Shown here: positions 28,735 through 37,841 of the stretch, in pieces
How positions within the stretch are numbered: position 1 is the first letter of the stretch
How the letters are laid out: every line of letters starts with the position of its first letter
NCBI GenBank assembly: GCA_002503285.1
Contig: DARI01000010.1
Location: forward strand, 21,081-85,080
From: Euryarchaeota archaeon UBA557
Lineage (GTDB): Archaea > Thermoplasmatota > Poseidoniia > Poseidoniales > Thalassarchaeaceae
Direction: 5' to 3'
Length of the DNA stretch: 64,000 bases
Made by a program: the position numbers and the translations under genes
Notes under the pieces: model-generated
The model's database searches: none
What the model saw: the letters and a program-made list of their open reading frames with translations, nothing else
What the model was told of the DNA's origin: nothing

Positions 28735-29577
28735 TCATCCTTCGGAATCATTGTGAAGTTTTTCAAAAGATATTATTTCAGCACAAACTGCTATTGCTAT
28801 TTCTTCCGGAGAATGTGCTCCGATAGAAATGCCGATTGGACATCGAGTTGCATCAATAAGAGATTTTTGAATATTTGATTCCAATGCGGCTTTCTTGAAT
28901 GCCCTCCATTTAGATTTAGACCCTATCGCACCCAATCTAGCCCTAGAATCAATATTCAATAATGATAAAATGCCGATTAGCATATCTTGATCAAGGCTCC
29001 AATCATGGCCAAGTAATAGAATATCAGAAAATCTATTTAAAGAATTATTATCTTCATTTTTTAAGAATTCGTCTATTGAGCAATTATGGATTTCTTCTGC
29101 AAAGGGAAATCGGCCAGAGTTGGCATAATCTTCTCGGATATCAAAGACGCTGTGTGCCCAACCCAATGTATCTGAAGCCAATGCAATAGCTAAACCTACA
29201 TGGCCACCCCCCACAATCAAAATATGTGGCATAGAATCTATTACTTCAATGGCCACCCTTACTTGCCCTCCGCAAAGGCTGTCCAATGGTATTACTTCTT
29301 TGCCTTTGCCATCTTTGTATAATAAAAAAGTATTAATCACCCCTCCTTTTGAAGACATAGGTTTTGGTTCTTTTAGGAGTTTGGTTAGAGCTTTTTCTAT
29401 TTTTAACTCCAGACCAGCCCCCCCAACTGTACCATATTTTTCTCCATTTTTGATTAATGCTAATTTTGCACCAGGTTTACCAGGTACGCTTCCTTTTGAA
29501 TCAATTATGGTTGCAATTGCAACACTATATCCTTGATTTAATTTATCCATAGTCCACGCAAGAACTGCTCGCGTCAT
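28735..29577 (-). CDS. xdhC: XdhC/CoxI-family molybdenum-cofactor insertion chaperone
   Basis: N-terminal VAIATIIDSKGSVPGKPGAKL and a Rossmann-like IVGGGHVG, both typical of XdhC. Confidence 0.8.
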   Translation of the reverse strand: MTRAVLAWTMDKLNQGYSVAIATIIDSKGSVPGKPGAKLALIKNGEKYGTVGGAGLELKIEKALTKLLKEPKPMSSKGGVINTFLLYKDGKGKEVIPLDSLCGGQVRVAIEVIDSMPHILIVGGGHVGLAIALASDTLGWAHSVFDIREDYANSGRFPFAEEIHNCSIDEFLKNEDNNSLNRFSDILLLGHDWSLDQDMLIGILSLLNIDSRARLGAIGSKSKWRAFKKAALESNIQKSLIDATRCPIGISIGAHSPEEIAIAVCAEIISFEKLHNDSEG

Positions 29578-29589
29578 GGCCCTCTCAAG

Positions 29590-29611
29590 TTAATCACGTA
29601 TTTCTGATTAA
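29590..29611. promoter_or_regulatory. Perfect 7-bp inverted repeat TTAATCA-N8-TGATTAA between TATA-like element and xdhC start (candidate operator)
   Basis: Read directly from the sequence. It lies 13-34 nt upstream of the xdhC ATG (29577), immediately downstream of the TATA-like element at 29612-29621. Confidence 0.45.
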
Positions 29612-29621
29612 TCTATAATTT
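29612..29621 (-). promoter_or_regulatory. TATA-like element for the xdhC-led operon
   Basis: Minus strand reads AAATTATAGA about 40 nt upstream of the ATG. Confidence 0.35.
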
Positions 29622-29670
29622 TTGTAAATAATAATAAAAATCTAAATTTAAAAAAAATAAATAATTTAAA

Positions 29671-30255
29671 TTAATTAATATTTTTTAAGTACTTGAGTAA
29701 TATTTTTACATCACTTTCTGTGTCTACATTCAAATGTAAGTATTCGTCATCTACTACAAATTTTTTAGGAATGACTATTTCTCGTAATGGAGTTTCTGAT
29801 TTTGAATTTATTATCTTATTGATATCCTGCCTTGACAAAATTAAAGGATGCCCTCCTTTTCCATCTTTAGCAGGGCATGATGTATATTTTATATTGATTA
29901 ATTTTGATAATGTTGCATCAGAAAATCCAGGCCTATCAATTGGCACAACAATTACCCTAGAGTCAGTAAGTAATTTTTCTTCAAGATAATTTAATCCTAA
30001 TTTTAGTGATCCTGTCCGACCTAATTCAGGGTTTTTATTTATTATTACTTTTAATGATTGAAAAGATTTATTGATTTCATCCGATAATTCTGTATTAGTA
30101 ATTATTATAATTTCTAAATGAAATTTACTTATTTTGTTAACTATATATTTAATTAAATAATCTCCATTAATATCTATTAAAGACTTAGGTCTTCCAAGCC
30201 TTTTACTATGGCCTGCAGCCAATATTATACAAAATGGAAGTTTAGTATTCGACAT
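29671..30255 (-). CDS. mocA: MobA-like nucleotidyltransferase, probable molybdenum cofactor cytidylyltransferase
   Basis: IILAAGHSKRLGRPKSLIDING (NTP_transf_3 N-terminus). Context next to xdhC and a Mo-enzyme. Confidence 0.7.
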   Translation of the reverse strand: MSNTKLPFCIILAAGHSKRLGRPKSLIDINGDYLIKYIVNKISKFHLEIIIITNTELSDEINKSFQSLKVIINKNPELGRTGSLKLGLNYLEEKLLTDSRVIVVPIDRPGFSDATLSKLINIKYTSCPAKDGKGGHPLILSRQDINKIINSKSETPLREIVIPKKFVVDDEYLHLNVDTESDVKILLKYLKNIN

Positions 30256-30275
30256 ATGGGCTCCAAATACTTTGT

Positions 30276-31208
30276 TTAATAAACTACAAAGAATAAATAT
30301 ATGACATATCCAATAACCATTGTAAATCCTATTTCTTTACCAATTTCTTTGTTACTAAACAACATCGCACATACCAACCCTGAAGAAAATAATAGGATCC
30401 ATATATCTCTTTCTGCAAAACTAGAATCGATAATTATTCCTCCGCCATAGATTGCAGCAATACCCAATATTCCCAAAATATTCATCACGTTTGATCCCAA
30501 AACATTTCCCAATGCAACGCCCCCTTGGCCCCTCAGAGCAGAAATAACCGTAACGGCAAACTCTGGTAATGAGGTTCCTAGAGCGATGATAGTTAAACCA
30601 ATTACAGATTCATTTAAAGAATATTTTACCATGATGCCCTCTACTCCTTCCATTAATAAATTAGCACCAAACATAACCATTAATCCTCCAGAAAGTAGCG
30701 CAATTGATGCAGAATAGGAATTATTGGCCAACCATGAATCAGGATTCTCCTTAGGAATATCTAGATTTTTAGCATGATTATATGAATAAGCATAAAATGT
30801 AACCAATAATATAAGCATAAATAATCCAATAAACAATGATATTTCCCCATATAGTGTGGCCATTACCAAAATTAAAGTAGCCACTAAAACAGCCATTGCA
30901 TCTCTCCTTATTCCTCTTCCAGGAGATTCTGAAGCACCTAGAATTGCTGCAGTACCAAGAACCAACATCACATTGGAAATATTTGATCCAATTATTCCGC
31001 CGACAGCAATATCTGGGGTTCCTTCATCTAATGCTTTCAAAACTACAGCAAGTTCTGGCAGAGAAGTTCCAATAGCTACAATGGTAAAACCGACTAAAAG
31101 CGGAGGAATATTTAATTTAGTAGCTAAAGTAACTGCCCCCTGTACAAAAACTTCGGCACCGGAAATTAATAATATGAAACCCGCAATAATGAGTAACTCA
31201 TCCGCCAT
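30276..31208 (-). CDS. Ca2+/cation antiporter (CaCA family, YrbG-like)
   Basis: Two alpha-repeats, GTSLPELAV and GTSLPEFAV, in a 10-TM protein. Confidence 0.85.
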   Translation of the reverse strand: MADELLIIAGFILLISGAEVFVQGAVTLATKLNIPPLLVGFTIVAIGTSLPELAVVLKALDEGTPDIAVGGIIGSNISNVMLVLGTAAILGASESPGRGIRRDAMAVLVATLILVMATLYGEISLFIGLFMLILLVTFYAYSYNHAKNLDIPKENPDSWLANNSYSASIALLSGGLMVMFGANLLMEGVEGIMVKYSLNESVIGLTIIALGTSLPEFAVTVISALRGQGGVALGNVLGSNVMNILGILGIAAIYGGGIIIDSSFAERDIWILLFSSGLVCAMLFSNKEIGKEIGFTMVIGYVIYLFFVVY

Positions 31209-31252
31209 CTGTAAACTATCGGGAGCGCCCCCTACTCAAGACTATTTGCTAA

Positions 31253-34126
31253 TTACTGAGTGCATAAACTCCTAATATGCCTAATTACTAAGTCATATGT
31301 GGGAATTGTATAATCTTCCAATGGAGGAGAAAATGGTACTGGAGTGTCTAAAGCCCCTATTACTACTGGAGGAGATTCTAAATTCCAGAATGTTTCTTCT
31401 AAGATTCTACTTGAAATCGTGTGAGCAAAACCGCCAGTCCACTGAGACTCTTGTAAGACTATTAATCTAGAAGTACGACATACCGATTGAACGCAAGTTT
31501 TAGAATCGAAAGGTAATAATGTTCTCAAATCTATTACTTCTACTTCTATTTTTTCTTTTGCTACGTGTTTAGCAGCTTTCAATGCTACGTGCACCATTGC
31601 ACCCCACGTAACAATTGTAATATCATTTCCTCCTCGAATAACTCTAGCTTGACCAATAGAATTTTGTCCATTTGCGAGTCTTTTGTGAACAGATTCGGTA
31701 TTAACTAACTGATTAATATTATCACCCCATCCAGTAGTTCCCCCTCGTAATCCATAAAGCCCTAGATGCTCTAAGAATACAACAGGATCGGGTAATGCAT
31801 GCCCTTCAATTAGCATATCAAAGGCATCTTGAGGATTACTGGGGAATACAATAATCAGGCCTGGATCATTACTAAACCATGATTCAATCATATTTGCATG
31901 AAATGGACCACTTCTAGTTTTTCCACCTAGAGGTATTCTGACAGTCAAAGGAACGCTTGCACCCCACCTCCAACGTAATTGTGCAGCATTATTCACCAAT
32001 GCATTCATTGCAAGTGCTGCAAATCCTCCAAATTGAATTTCTGCGATGGGCCTCAAACCTCCTAATGCAGCACCTGTTGCAGAGTTGATTATTATGGATT
32101 CTGAAAGGGGCATATCGAGTAATTTGTCAGAATGTCCTTTTGCTTTTAATGATAAATTCATGCCAAATGCACCTGCAATTTCCATATCTTCCCCCATAAA
32201 AATTATATTTTCTGAATATTTATCTGCTAAAGCGACCATAGAATTCTGAATTGCGCGGCTAAATGTCCAAGAATTTGAAGCATCGGAAAATTTGATAAAA
32301 TATTCTCCTGGGCTTAACGGTGATTGAGTCTTTTGACTATTAGATTTTAATCTATCAATTTGTTGGGTATGAGTGGGAGCATCGGTAAAGGAGGTGATTC
32401 CCTTAGTAACGGTATACGCCTCTGGCCAAGGCATATGTTCCATTTCCTTCCGCGAATTTTTAACATATATTTCTTCCTTAGATTGTATATTTTCCAATTC
32501 TTTCTCGTTTACTCCTAAAGAAATCAATAAATTATGATGATTCGGTATTGGATCTTTTAATGACCAATAATTAAGAAGATCACGCCCAACATAGCCAGGA
32601 GGGTTACCTGAAATCGCCCCTAAATACAAATCATCATGATGATGTGCGTGGCCGCATCCTCTCATAGTTTCAACATGTATCAAAGTTGCACCCCCTCCAT
32701 CTAATGAAAATTCCCTTGCAACTGCAGTAGATGAGAAAAATTGTGCAGGATCAGATCCATCAATTGTCCATGACGGAATTCCCATTGCGATTCCTTTGTC
32801 TCCATAGGTTTCCGAACCTGATTGACTTGCAGAAAACGTATCTAAGGCTATTTGATTATTTTGTATCATATAACATATTGGGAGGCCCCTCGCTCCGGCA
32901 AAATTCATTGCTTCCCAAAATTCTCCACTACTACTACAACCTTCTCCAACTGGTGCTAAATGAAACCTCTCTCGGTGTAATCTATTGGATGCCAATGCAA
33001 CTCCAGTCAATGTAGCACTTGCAATAGGCAAGGGTGCAGTTGGAGGCAAAATTCCTTTTTCCCAGTTTCCGATATGTAAATCTCTACCTCCATAGCCGGA
33101 ATGCCCTCCATCCATATAGGATCCAGATTTACCCATTTGTGCAGAAAATATTTCTAATGGAGTTTGCCCCATTGCTAGAGCTAAGCCGGTATCTCTAATC
33201 ATAGGAGCTATGGCATCAGGAAAATCAATATTTTCTGAATTAGCATCATAATTATTCCTGAGTGCTGAAGCACAGGCTACAATACCTTCTTGCCAAGTTG
33301 AACGGAAACCTTTGCCTGTAAATTTGCCACCATCAGGTAGGGATATACCATTTGTAAAAAGGTCTTTCAAGTGATCATCTAGAATTCTAGTTCTTAGCAT
33401 CCATTTTTGCCAAGTTAATCTTTGATTCATTGTTATCGAATTTTTATGAGCCAATCTTCTAAGGCATAATGATATATCGATTAAAAATCTAGAAGCCCTT
33501 CTTTTTAGAAATAAATTACCATCTCTTCGAGGTATAATTTCGCTTTCTCCAAGATTTAGAAAAGATGGATTGAATAATCGTTCTTCCAACGCATTATCTA
33601 GATTTTTAATAAAATTAATAGAAAAAGTATGAAATTCTTGACCATTAAATTCATCAATAGGATTAGATTTACTCCATAATTCAGAAATTAAATTTAGATG
33701 GCCATCATGCCTTTCTGCAACAAATCTCAATAATTCATTTATTACCTCACTTTTACTTAATTTACTCGTAAATAATAAGGATTTTTTGGGAATCCACGAT
33801 TCACCCCAAATAGTTGGCATTACACTTTGCTTAGAATCCAGTGACTTGATGTCTAAATGGTCAATCTCCAAAAGTTTTTTATTTCTCTGAGTTATTTCAT
33901 GAGTTAATTGTTCATTTGTAACTGTTATGGGCCTTTCCCATATATTTACACTGCGATTTCTCCCTTGACCAGTATTTGATCTATCAATTGTTACTCTCGC
34001 CCTCGTATGGCATTTTTCACACTGTCTGTCCAATTTTATAGTACTTTGATTACGAGTTTTCCAAATTTGATAATTATCACAAAATGGGCATTGCCAAATG
34101 CCATGCCGGGCCACCACCATATGCAT
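31253..34126 (-). CDS. Fusion protein: N-terminal Zn-ribbon domain + 2-oxoacid dehydrogenase E1 alpha + E1 beta (BCKDH-like, TPP-dependent)
   Basis: CPFC-x19-CEKC at the N-terminus. E1alpha TPP motif GEGCSSSGEFWEAMNFAGARGLPICYMIQNNQIAL. E1beta motifs MGEDMEIAGAFG, DMPLSES, EIQFGGF and a C-terminal transketolase-C-like region. Confidence 0.85.
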   Translation of the reverse strand: MHMVVARHGIWQCPFCDNYQIWKTRNQSTIKLDRQCEKCHTRARVTIDRSNTGQGRNRSVNIWERPITVTNEQLTHEITQRNKKLLEIDHLDIKSLDSKQSVMPTIWGESWIPKKSLLFTSKLSKSEVINELLRFVAERHDGHLNLISELWSKSNPIDEFNGQEFHTFSINFIKNLDNALEERLFNPSFLNLGESEIIPRRDGNLFLKRRASRFLIDISLCLRRLAHKNSITMNQRLTWQKWMLRTRILDDHLKDLFTNGISLPDGGKFTGKGFRSTWQEGIVACASALRNNYDANSENIDFPDAIAPMIRDTGLALAMGQTPLEIFSAQMGKSGSYMDGGHSGYGGRDLHIGNWEKGILPPTAPLPIASATLTGVALASNRLHRERFHLAPVGEGCSSSGEFWEAMNFAGARGLPICYMIQNNQIALDTFSASQSGSETYGDKGIAMGIPSWTIDGSDPAQFFSSTAVAREFSLDGGGATLIHVETMRGCGHAHHHDDLYLGAISGNPPGYVGRDLLNYWSLKDPIPNHHNLLISLGVNEKELENIQSKEEIYVKNSRKEMEHMPWPEAYTVTKGITSFTDAPTHTQQIDRLKSNSQKTQSPLSPGEYFIKFSDASNSWTFSRAIQNSMVALADKYSENIIFMGEDMEIAGAFGMNLSLKAKGHSDKLLDMPLSESIIINSATGAALGGLRPIAEIQFGGFAALAMNALVNNAAQLRWRWGASVPLTVRIPLGGKTRSGPFHANMIESWFSNDPGLIIVFPSNPQDAFDMLIEGHALPDPVVFLEHLGLYGLRGGTTGWGDNINQLVNTESVHKRLANGQNSIGQARVIRGGNDITIVTWGAMVHVALKAAKHVAKEKIEVEVIDLRTLLPFDSKTCVQSVCRTSRLIVLQESQWTGGFAHTISSRILEETFWNLESPPVVIGALDTPVPFSPPLEDYTIPTYDLVIRHIRSLCTQ

Positions 34127-34275
34127 CGCAATCGATGTTTATACAACAAATGTTCGGTTAACTGGTAATTATTATACCGCAAATTTTTTTAATTTATACA
34201 TAATATTGGTAAATATTGCAATTTTAAAAAATTATACCACTATTAAAGAAAGTACTTGTAATTATAATACCACAA

Positions 34276-35400
34276 TTAATATTTTTTGACATTTGAGTCT
34301 ATAGTATCTGACCAACTTAAGATCCCACCTTTGAGATTAAACACCGCATTTTTCTCCCAACCAGAGTTAAAAAGAAGTCTTTGTACGGATGCGGACCTTA
34401 CTCCTGACCTACAATATATTACTAAATCTACATTTTTTGGTATTTCTGAAAATCTATCTGATATGTTTGAATGCTCGATTCTCAAATTAGTTCCAGAAAT
34501 ACTTGCTATTAGTTCCTCATCCGCCCTCCTAACATCCAAAAGGAACGGACGCCAGCCATTTTCTTTTTTATTTTTAAACTCAAGTGGCGTAATTTCTAAT
34601 GGATTATTTTCATTATTACTCATACAATATTCAGCCTCCAAAGACAACTCAGTAACCAATGGTCTAGAGGCATTGCCATTAAATTTTAGTATCCTTGAAG
34701 ACATATTTAAAGCGTTAAAAACTAATAATTTACCAGATAAAATATCTCCAATTTCAAGAATTATCTTGATAGCTTCCGTAGATTGTATAGAGCCAATGAT
34801 TCCGGGGAGAACACCAAGGACGCCAGCTTCTGCACAATTTGGGGCTAGATCAATAGGCGGCATTTCAGGAAATAAATCTCTATAATTTAATCCCTTTTCT
34901 AAATTAAAAACTGAAACTTGCCCTTCAAATTGATGTATGCTACCAAATATCCAAGGTTTACCTAATATTTCACAGGCATCATTAATTAGGTACCTAGTTG
35001 TAAAATTATCAGTACCATCAATTATTATATCAAATTGATTAATTAAATCTAATGCATTGGCCATATTAATTCTTGAATTATATGCCGTAATTGAAATCTC
35101 AGGATTTAGATCCAATAACTTTTCTTTTGCCGATAATACTTTAGAAATACCTAAACTGCTAGTTCCGTGAATTACTTGCCTTTGGAGATTTGTAATTTCA
35201 ACAATATCATCATCTATTATTCCTATTTTTCCAATTCCTGCTGCTGCCAAATACAATAAAGAAGGGGAGCCTAAGCCACCTGCTCCAACTACTAAAATTG
35301 ATGAGTTTTTTAATTTTTCTTGACCTTTTGCTCCGACTTGGGGAAGAGTTAGATGCCTAGCATACCTAACTTTTTCAGAATTGGACAATGGTTCACTCAT
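34276..35400 (-). CDS. moeB: MoeB/ThiF-type adenylyltransferase fused to a C-terminal rhodanese domain (MoeZ/MOCS3-like)
   Basis: YARHLTLPQVGAKGQEKL, VVGAGGLGSP, CAEAGVLG. C-terminal rhodanese active-site loop YCRSGVRS. Confidence 0.85.
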   Translation of the reverse strand: MSEPLSNSEKVRYARHLTLPQVGAKGQEKLKNSSILVVGAGGLGSPSLLYLAAAGIGKIGIIDDDIVEITNLQRQVIHGTSSLGISKVLSAKEKLLDLNPEISITAYNSRINMANALDLINQFDIIIDGTDNFTTRYLINDACEILGKPWIFGSIHQFEGQVSVFNLEKGLNYRDLFPEMPPIDLAPNCAEAGVLGVLPGIIGSIQSTEAIKIILEIGDILSGKLLVFNALNMSSRILKFNGNASRPLVTELSLEAEYCMSNNENNPLEITPLEFKNKKENGWRPFLLDVRRADEELIASISGTNLRIEHSNISDRFSEIPKNVDLVIYCRSGVRSASVQRLLFNSGWEKNAVFNLKGGILSWSDTIDSNVKKY

Positions 35401-35457
35401 GATTGGCGCAGATGGTGGCTAAATTTGTTCTCTTCGGTCAAAGGAATAAAAAAATAA

Positions 35458-35835
35458 TCATAATATAAATATCCTCAGAGAGGCTACAAACCAACCAGTA
35501 ATTCCCCATGTCTTAGCGATTTTACTTGCAAGTACTGGTTCTATATCTAATTTTAAAAATTGATTTAAAATTCTCTTTATGTAGTTTTGACCTAATGGAT
35601 TATCGGCACGTGGAATCTTTCTAAATTTTCTTTCCATATCTGTTAAAATACAATAGCCGTCTCTGATAAACCAACAAATTTCTGTTAAGCCATAGAGAAT
35701 AAATACTCCCCACCACATCCATTCATATGGCCCAATCCACATAAATGCACAAAAAATAGTAATAAATAGATGTAATAAATAGAATAAATCTGCTATTCTA
35801 TTATTTATCCAACTTATTTCAGTCTCACTTGACAA
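35458..35835 (-). CDS. Small membrane protein (possibly DUF2784-like)
   Basis: 125 aa with 3-4 hydrophobic segments. The family assignment is weak. Confidence 0.45.
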   Translation of the reverse strand: MSSETEISWINNRIADLFYLLHLFITIFCAFMWIGPYEWMWWGVFILYGLTEICWFIRDGYCILTDMERKFRKIPRADNPLGQNYIKRILNQFLKLDIEPVLASKIAKTWGITGWFVASLRIFIL

Positions 35836-35845
35836 TTGTGCACCC

Positions 35846-36775
35846 CTAATGCTGATCTTCTAACCATTTTTCAGCATCCATGGCTGCTTGGCAGCCCATT
35901 CCTGCAGCAGTAATAGCTTGCCTATATCTTGTATCGACTACATCGCCTGCTGCAAAAACGCCGTGAATATTTGTCATCGTGTGCTCTTTGGTGAGTATGT
36001 ATCCTGTTTCGTCAATCTCAATTTGCCCATCTAAGAATTTTGTTATTGGCTTATGTCCTATGGCAATAAATGCCCCAGAGCAATATATTTCTTCTATTTC
36101 TCCGTTCCTTGTATCTTCAAGAATTGCTCCTGATAGTCCTTTTTCATTAGAATTCCATGATTTTATAGATTTAAATGTCTTGATTTCAATTTTAGGATTA
36201 TTAAATGCTCTTTCATACATCACTTTGGAGGCCTTAAAATTATCACTACGATGAATTATAGTCACTTTACTTGCAAATCTAGTCAAGAATGTGGCCTCCT
36301 CCATAGCTGAGTCTCCACCACCTATTACAAGTACTTCCTCATCCCTAAAAAACGCACCATCACAGGTTGCACAAGTACTGATTCCCCTTCCTTTTTGCTC
36401 TTCCTCTCCTTCTGCCCCTAACCAGATTGATTCAGCACCAGTGCAAATTATTATCGATTTAGACTGGAAAATTTCTCCTTCAACCCAAACCTTGAATGGC
36501 CATTCAGAAAAATTAACTTTTTCTACATTTTTATCTTCGACCTCTAAACCAAATTTTTCAGCCTGTTCACGGAGTTGCAGCATCATTTCCGGACCACCAA
36601 TGCCTTCAGGATATCCAGGGAAATTTTCAATATCCGAAGTAAGCATGAGTTGCCCTCCGGACATATATCCGGCAAACATCAATGGATCAAGTAACGCCCT
36701 AGCGGTGTAAAGGCCTGCTGTATAACCTGCTGGGCCGGAACCTATTATAATCACATTACGTATATTGTCGGCCAT
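35846..36775 (-). CDS. trxB: Thioredoxin-disulfide reductase
   Basis: GSGPAGYTA, redox CATCDG, GGGDSAMEEA. The pyridine-nucleotide motif reads HRSDNFK rather than HRRxxFR. Confidence 0.9.
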   Translation of the reverse strand: MADNIRNVIIIGSGPAGYTAGLYTARALLDPLMFAGYMSGGQLMLTSDIENFPGYPEGIGGPEMMLQLREQAEKFGLEVEDKNVEKVNFSEWPFKVWVEGEIFQSKSIIICTGAESIWLGAEGEEEQKGRGISTCATCDGAFFRDEEVLVIGGGDSAMEEATFLTRFASKVTIIHRSDNFKASKVMYERAFNNPKIEIKTFKSIKSWNSNEKGLSGAILEDTRNGEIEEIYCSGAFIAIGHKPITKFLDGQIEIDETGYILTKEHTMTNIHGVFAAGDVVDTRYRQAITAAGMGCQAAMDAEKWLEDQH

Positions 36776-36819
36776 GTAATATCCAAAGGGGATTGTCTTT
36801 TGAACATTGACTAAAAAAA

Positions 36820-37218
36820 TTATTTTGACATCTCTACTATTGCATTTACTGCAGCCCTTGCATGAGGCTCTAATCTTGGAGAAATATGTTCCTTAAGGGC
36901 GCCTGGACCAATGATTCCTAGACCTATTGGTTTACCATATTTTAATTGGATATCAATTATAGATTTTATTACGGCTTGGCCCATCACTAAACCATGTTTA
37001 GTTTCTCCATTCTCTATTATTCCCAAAGTTATTGCAGCATTTAAATTACCAGAACTCAACATTCTATCTAGTGTAAGAGGAATTTCCATCGCCCCGGGAA
37101 CCCATTTTATCTCAGATATCTCAATATCTTGAATATTGGATTCATCTTTAGCATAAGCCAACATTCTTTCGATTTGTTTTCTATGAAAGGAAGTACAAAC
37201 GATACCTATTTTCATCAT
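36820..37218 (-). CDS. ribH: 6,7-dimethyl-8-ribityllumazine synthase
   Basis: MKIGIVCTSFH…VPGAMEIP…, about 132 aa, the archaeal size class. Start uncertain (37215, 37218 or 37233). Confidence 0.8.
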   Translation of the reverse strand: MMKIGIVCTSFHRKQIERMLAYAKDESNIQDIEISEIKWVPGAMEIPLTLDRMLSSGNLNAAITLGIIENGETKHGLVMGQAVIKSIIDIQLKYGKPIGLGIIGPGALKEHISPRLEPHARAAVNAIVEMSK

Positions 37219-37219
37219 A

Positions 37220-37840
37220 TCACCTTTTTTCAAAACGTGGCTGATTTTTTAGCATCTTAGATACCGTTGCCACCACTGCTTGAGTCATTGAATCAATTTC
37301 TATATTTACTTTACTACCTTTTATTTTTGATTTAATTGTAGTTCTTTCCAACGTTTCTGGAATTAGATGTATAGAAAAATAATCATCATGTACTTCGCCG
37401 ATAGTTAAACTAATTCCATCTATTGCAATATATCCTTTTTCCATAATAAAAGGTTTTAATTTATTATTTATTGATATTTCTAAGTCTACTCCTTCGCCAA
37501 TTTTTTCATAATTATTAATCCATGCAGTGCTCATTATATGACCTGATAATATATGCCCTCCTAATTCATCACCGATTTTCAATGCCCTTTCTAAATTTAC
37601 TTTATCTCCTGCTTGTAAATTTCCTAATGTAGATCGTTCTAAGGTTTCTTTTATAGCATCAAATGTCACAATAGTGCCTATTTTTTTAACTACAGTCATA
37701 CATACGCCATCGATTGATACGCTAGCTCCATTTTCTAAATTATTACTTCTTTTTCCCATATCTATAGAGATGCTGTTGATAGTTTCTTTTTTTTCAATTA
37801 TGGATACGGTCCCAATTCCTTGTATAATGCCAGTAAACAT
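37220..37840 (-). CDS. ribE: Riboflavin synthase, bacterial/eukaryotic two-barrel type
   Basis: MFTGIIQGIGTV start and an internal repeat (GASVSIDGVCMTV / YIAIDGISLTI). Start is 1 nt after the ribL stop. Confidence 0.85.
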   Translation of the reverse strand: MFTGIIQGIGTVSIIEKKETINSISIDMGKRSNNLENGASVSIDGVCMTVVKKIGTIVTFDAIKETLERSTLGNLQAGDKVNLERALKIGDELGGHILSGHIMSTAWINNYEKIGEGVDLEISINNKLKPFIMEKGYIAIDGISLTIGEVHDDYFSIHLIPETLERTTIKSKIKGSKVNIEIDSMTQAVVATVSKMLKNQPRFEKR

Positions 37841-37841
37841 A

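Noticed and set aside
34098-34289. 63-aa plus-strand ORF spanning the AT-rich spacer between the E1-fusion and moeB genes.
   Set aside because: The translation is low-complexity (N, I, Y, T rich). It overlaps both neighbouring gene ends and sits in a promoter region, so it is most likely spurious.
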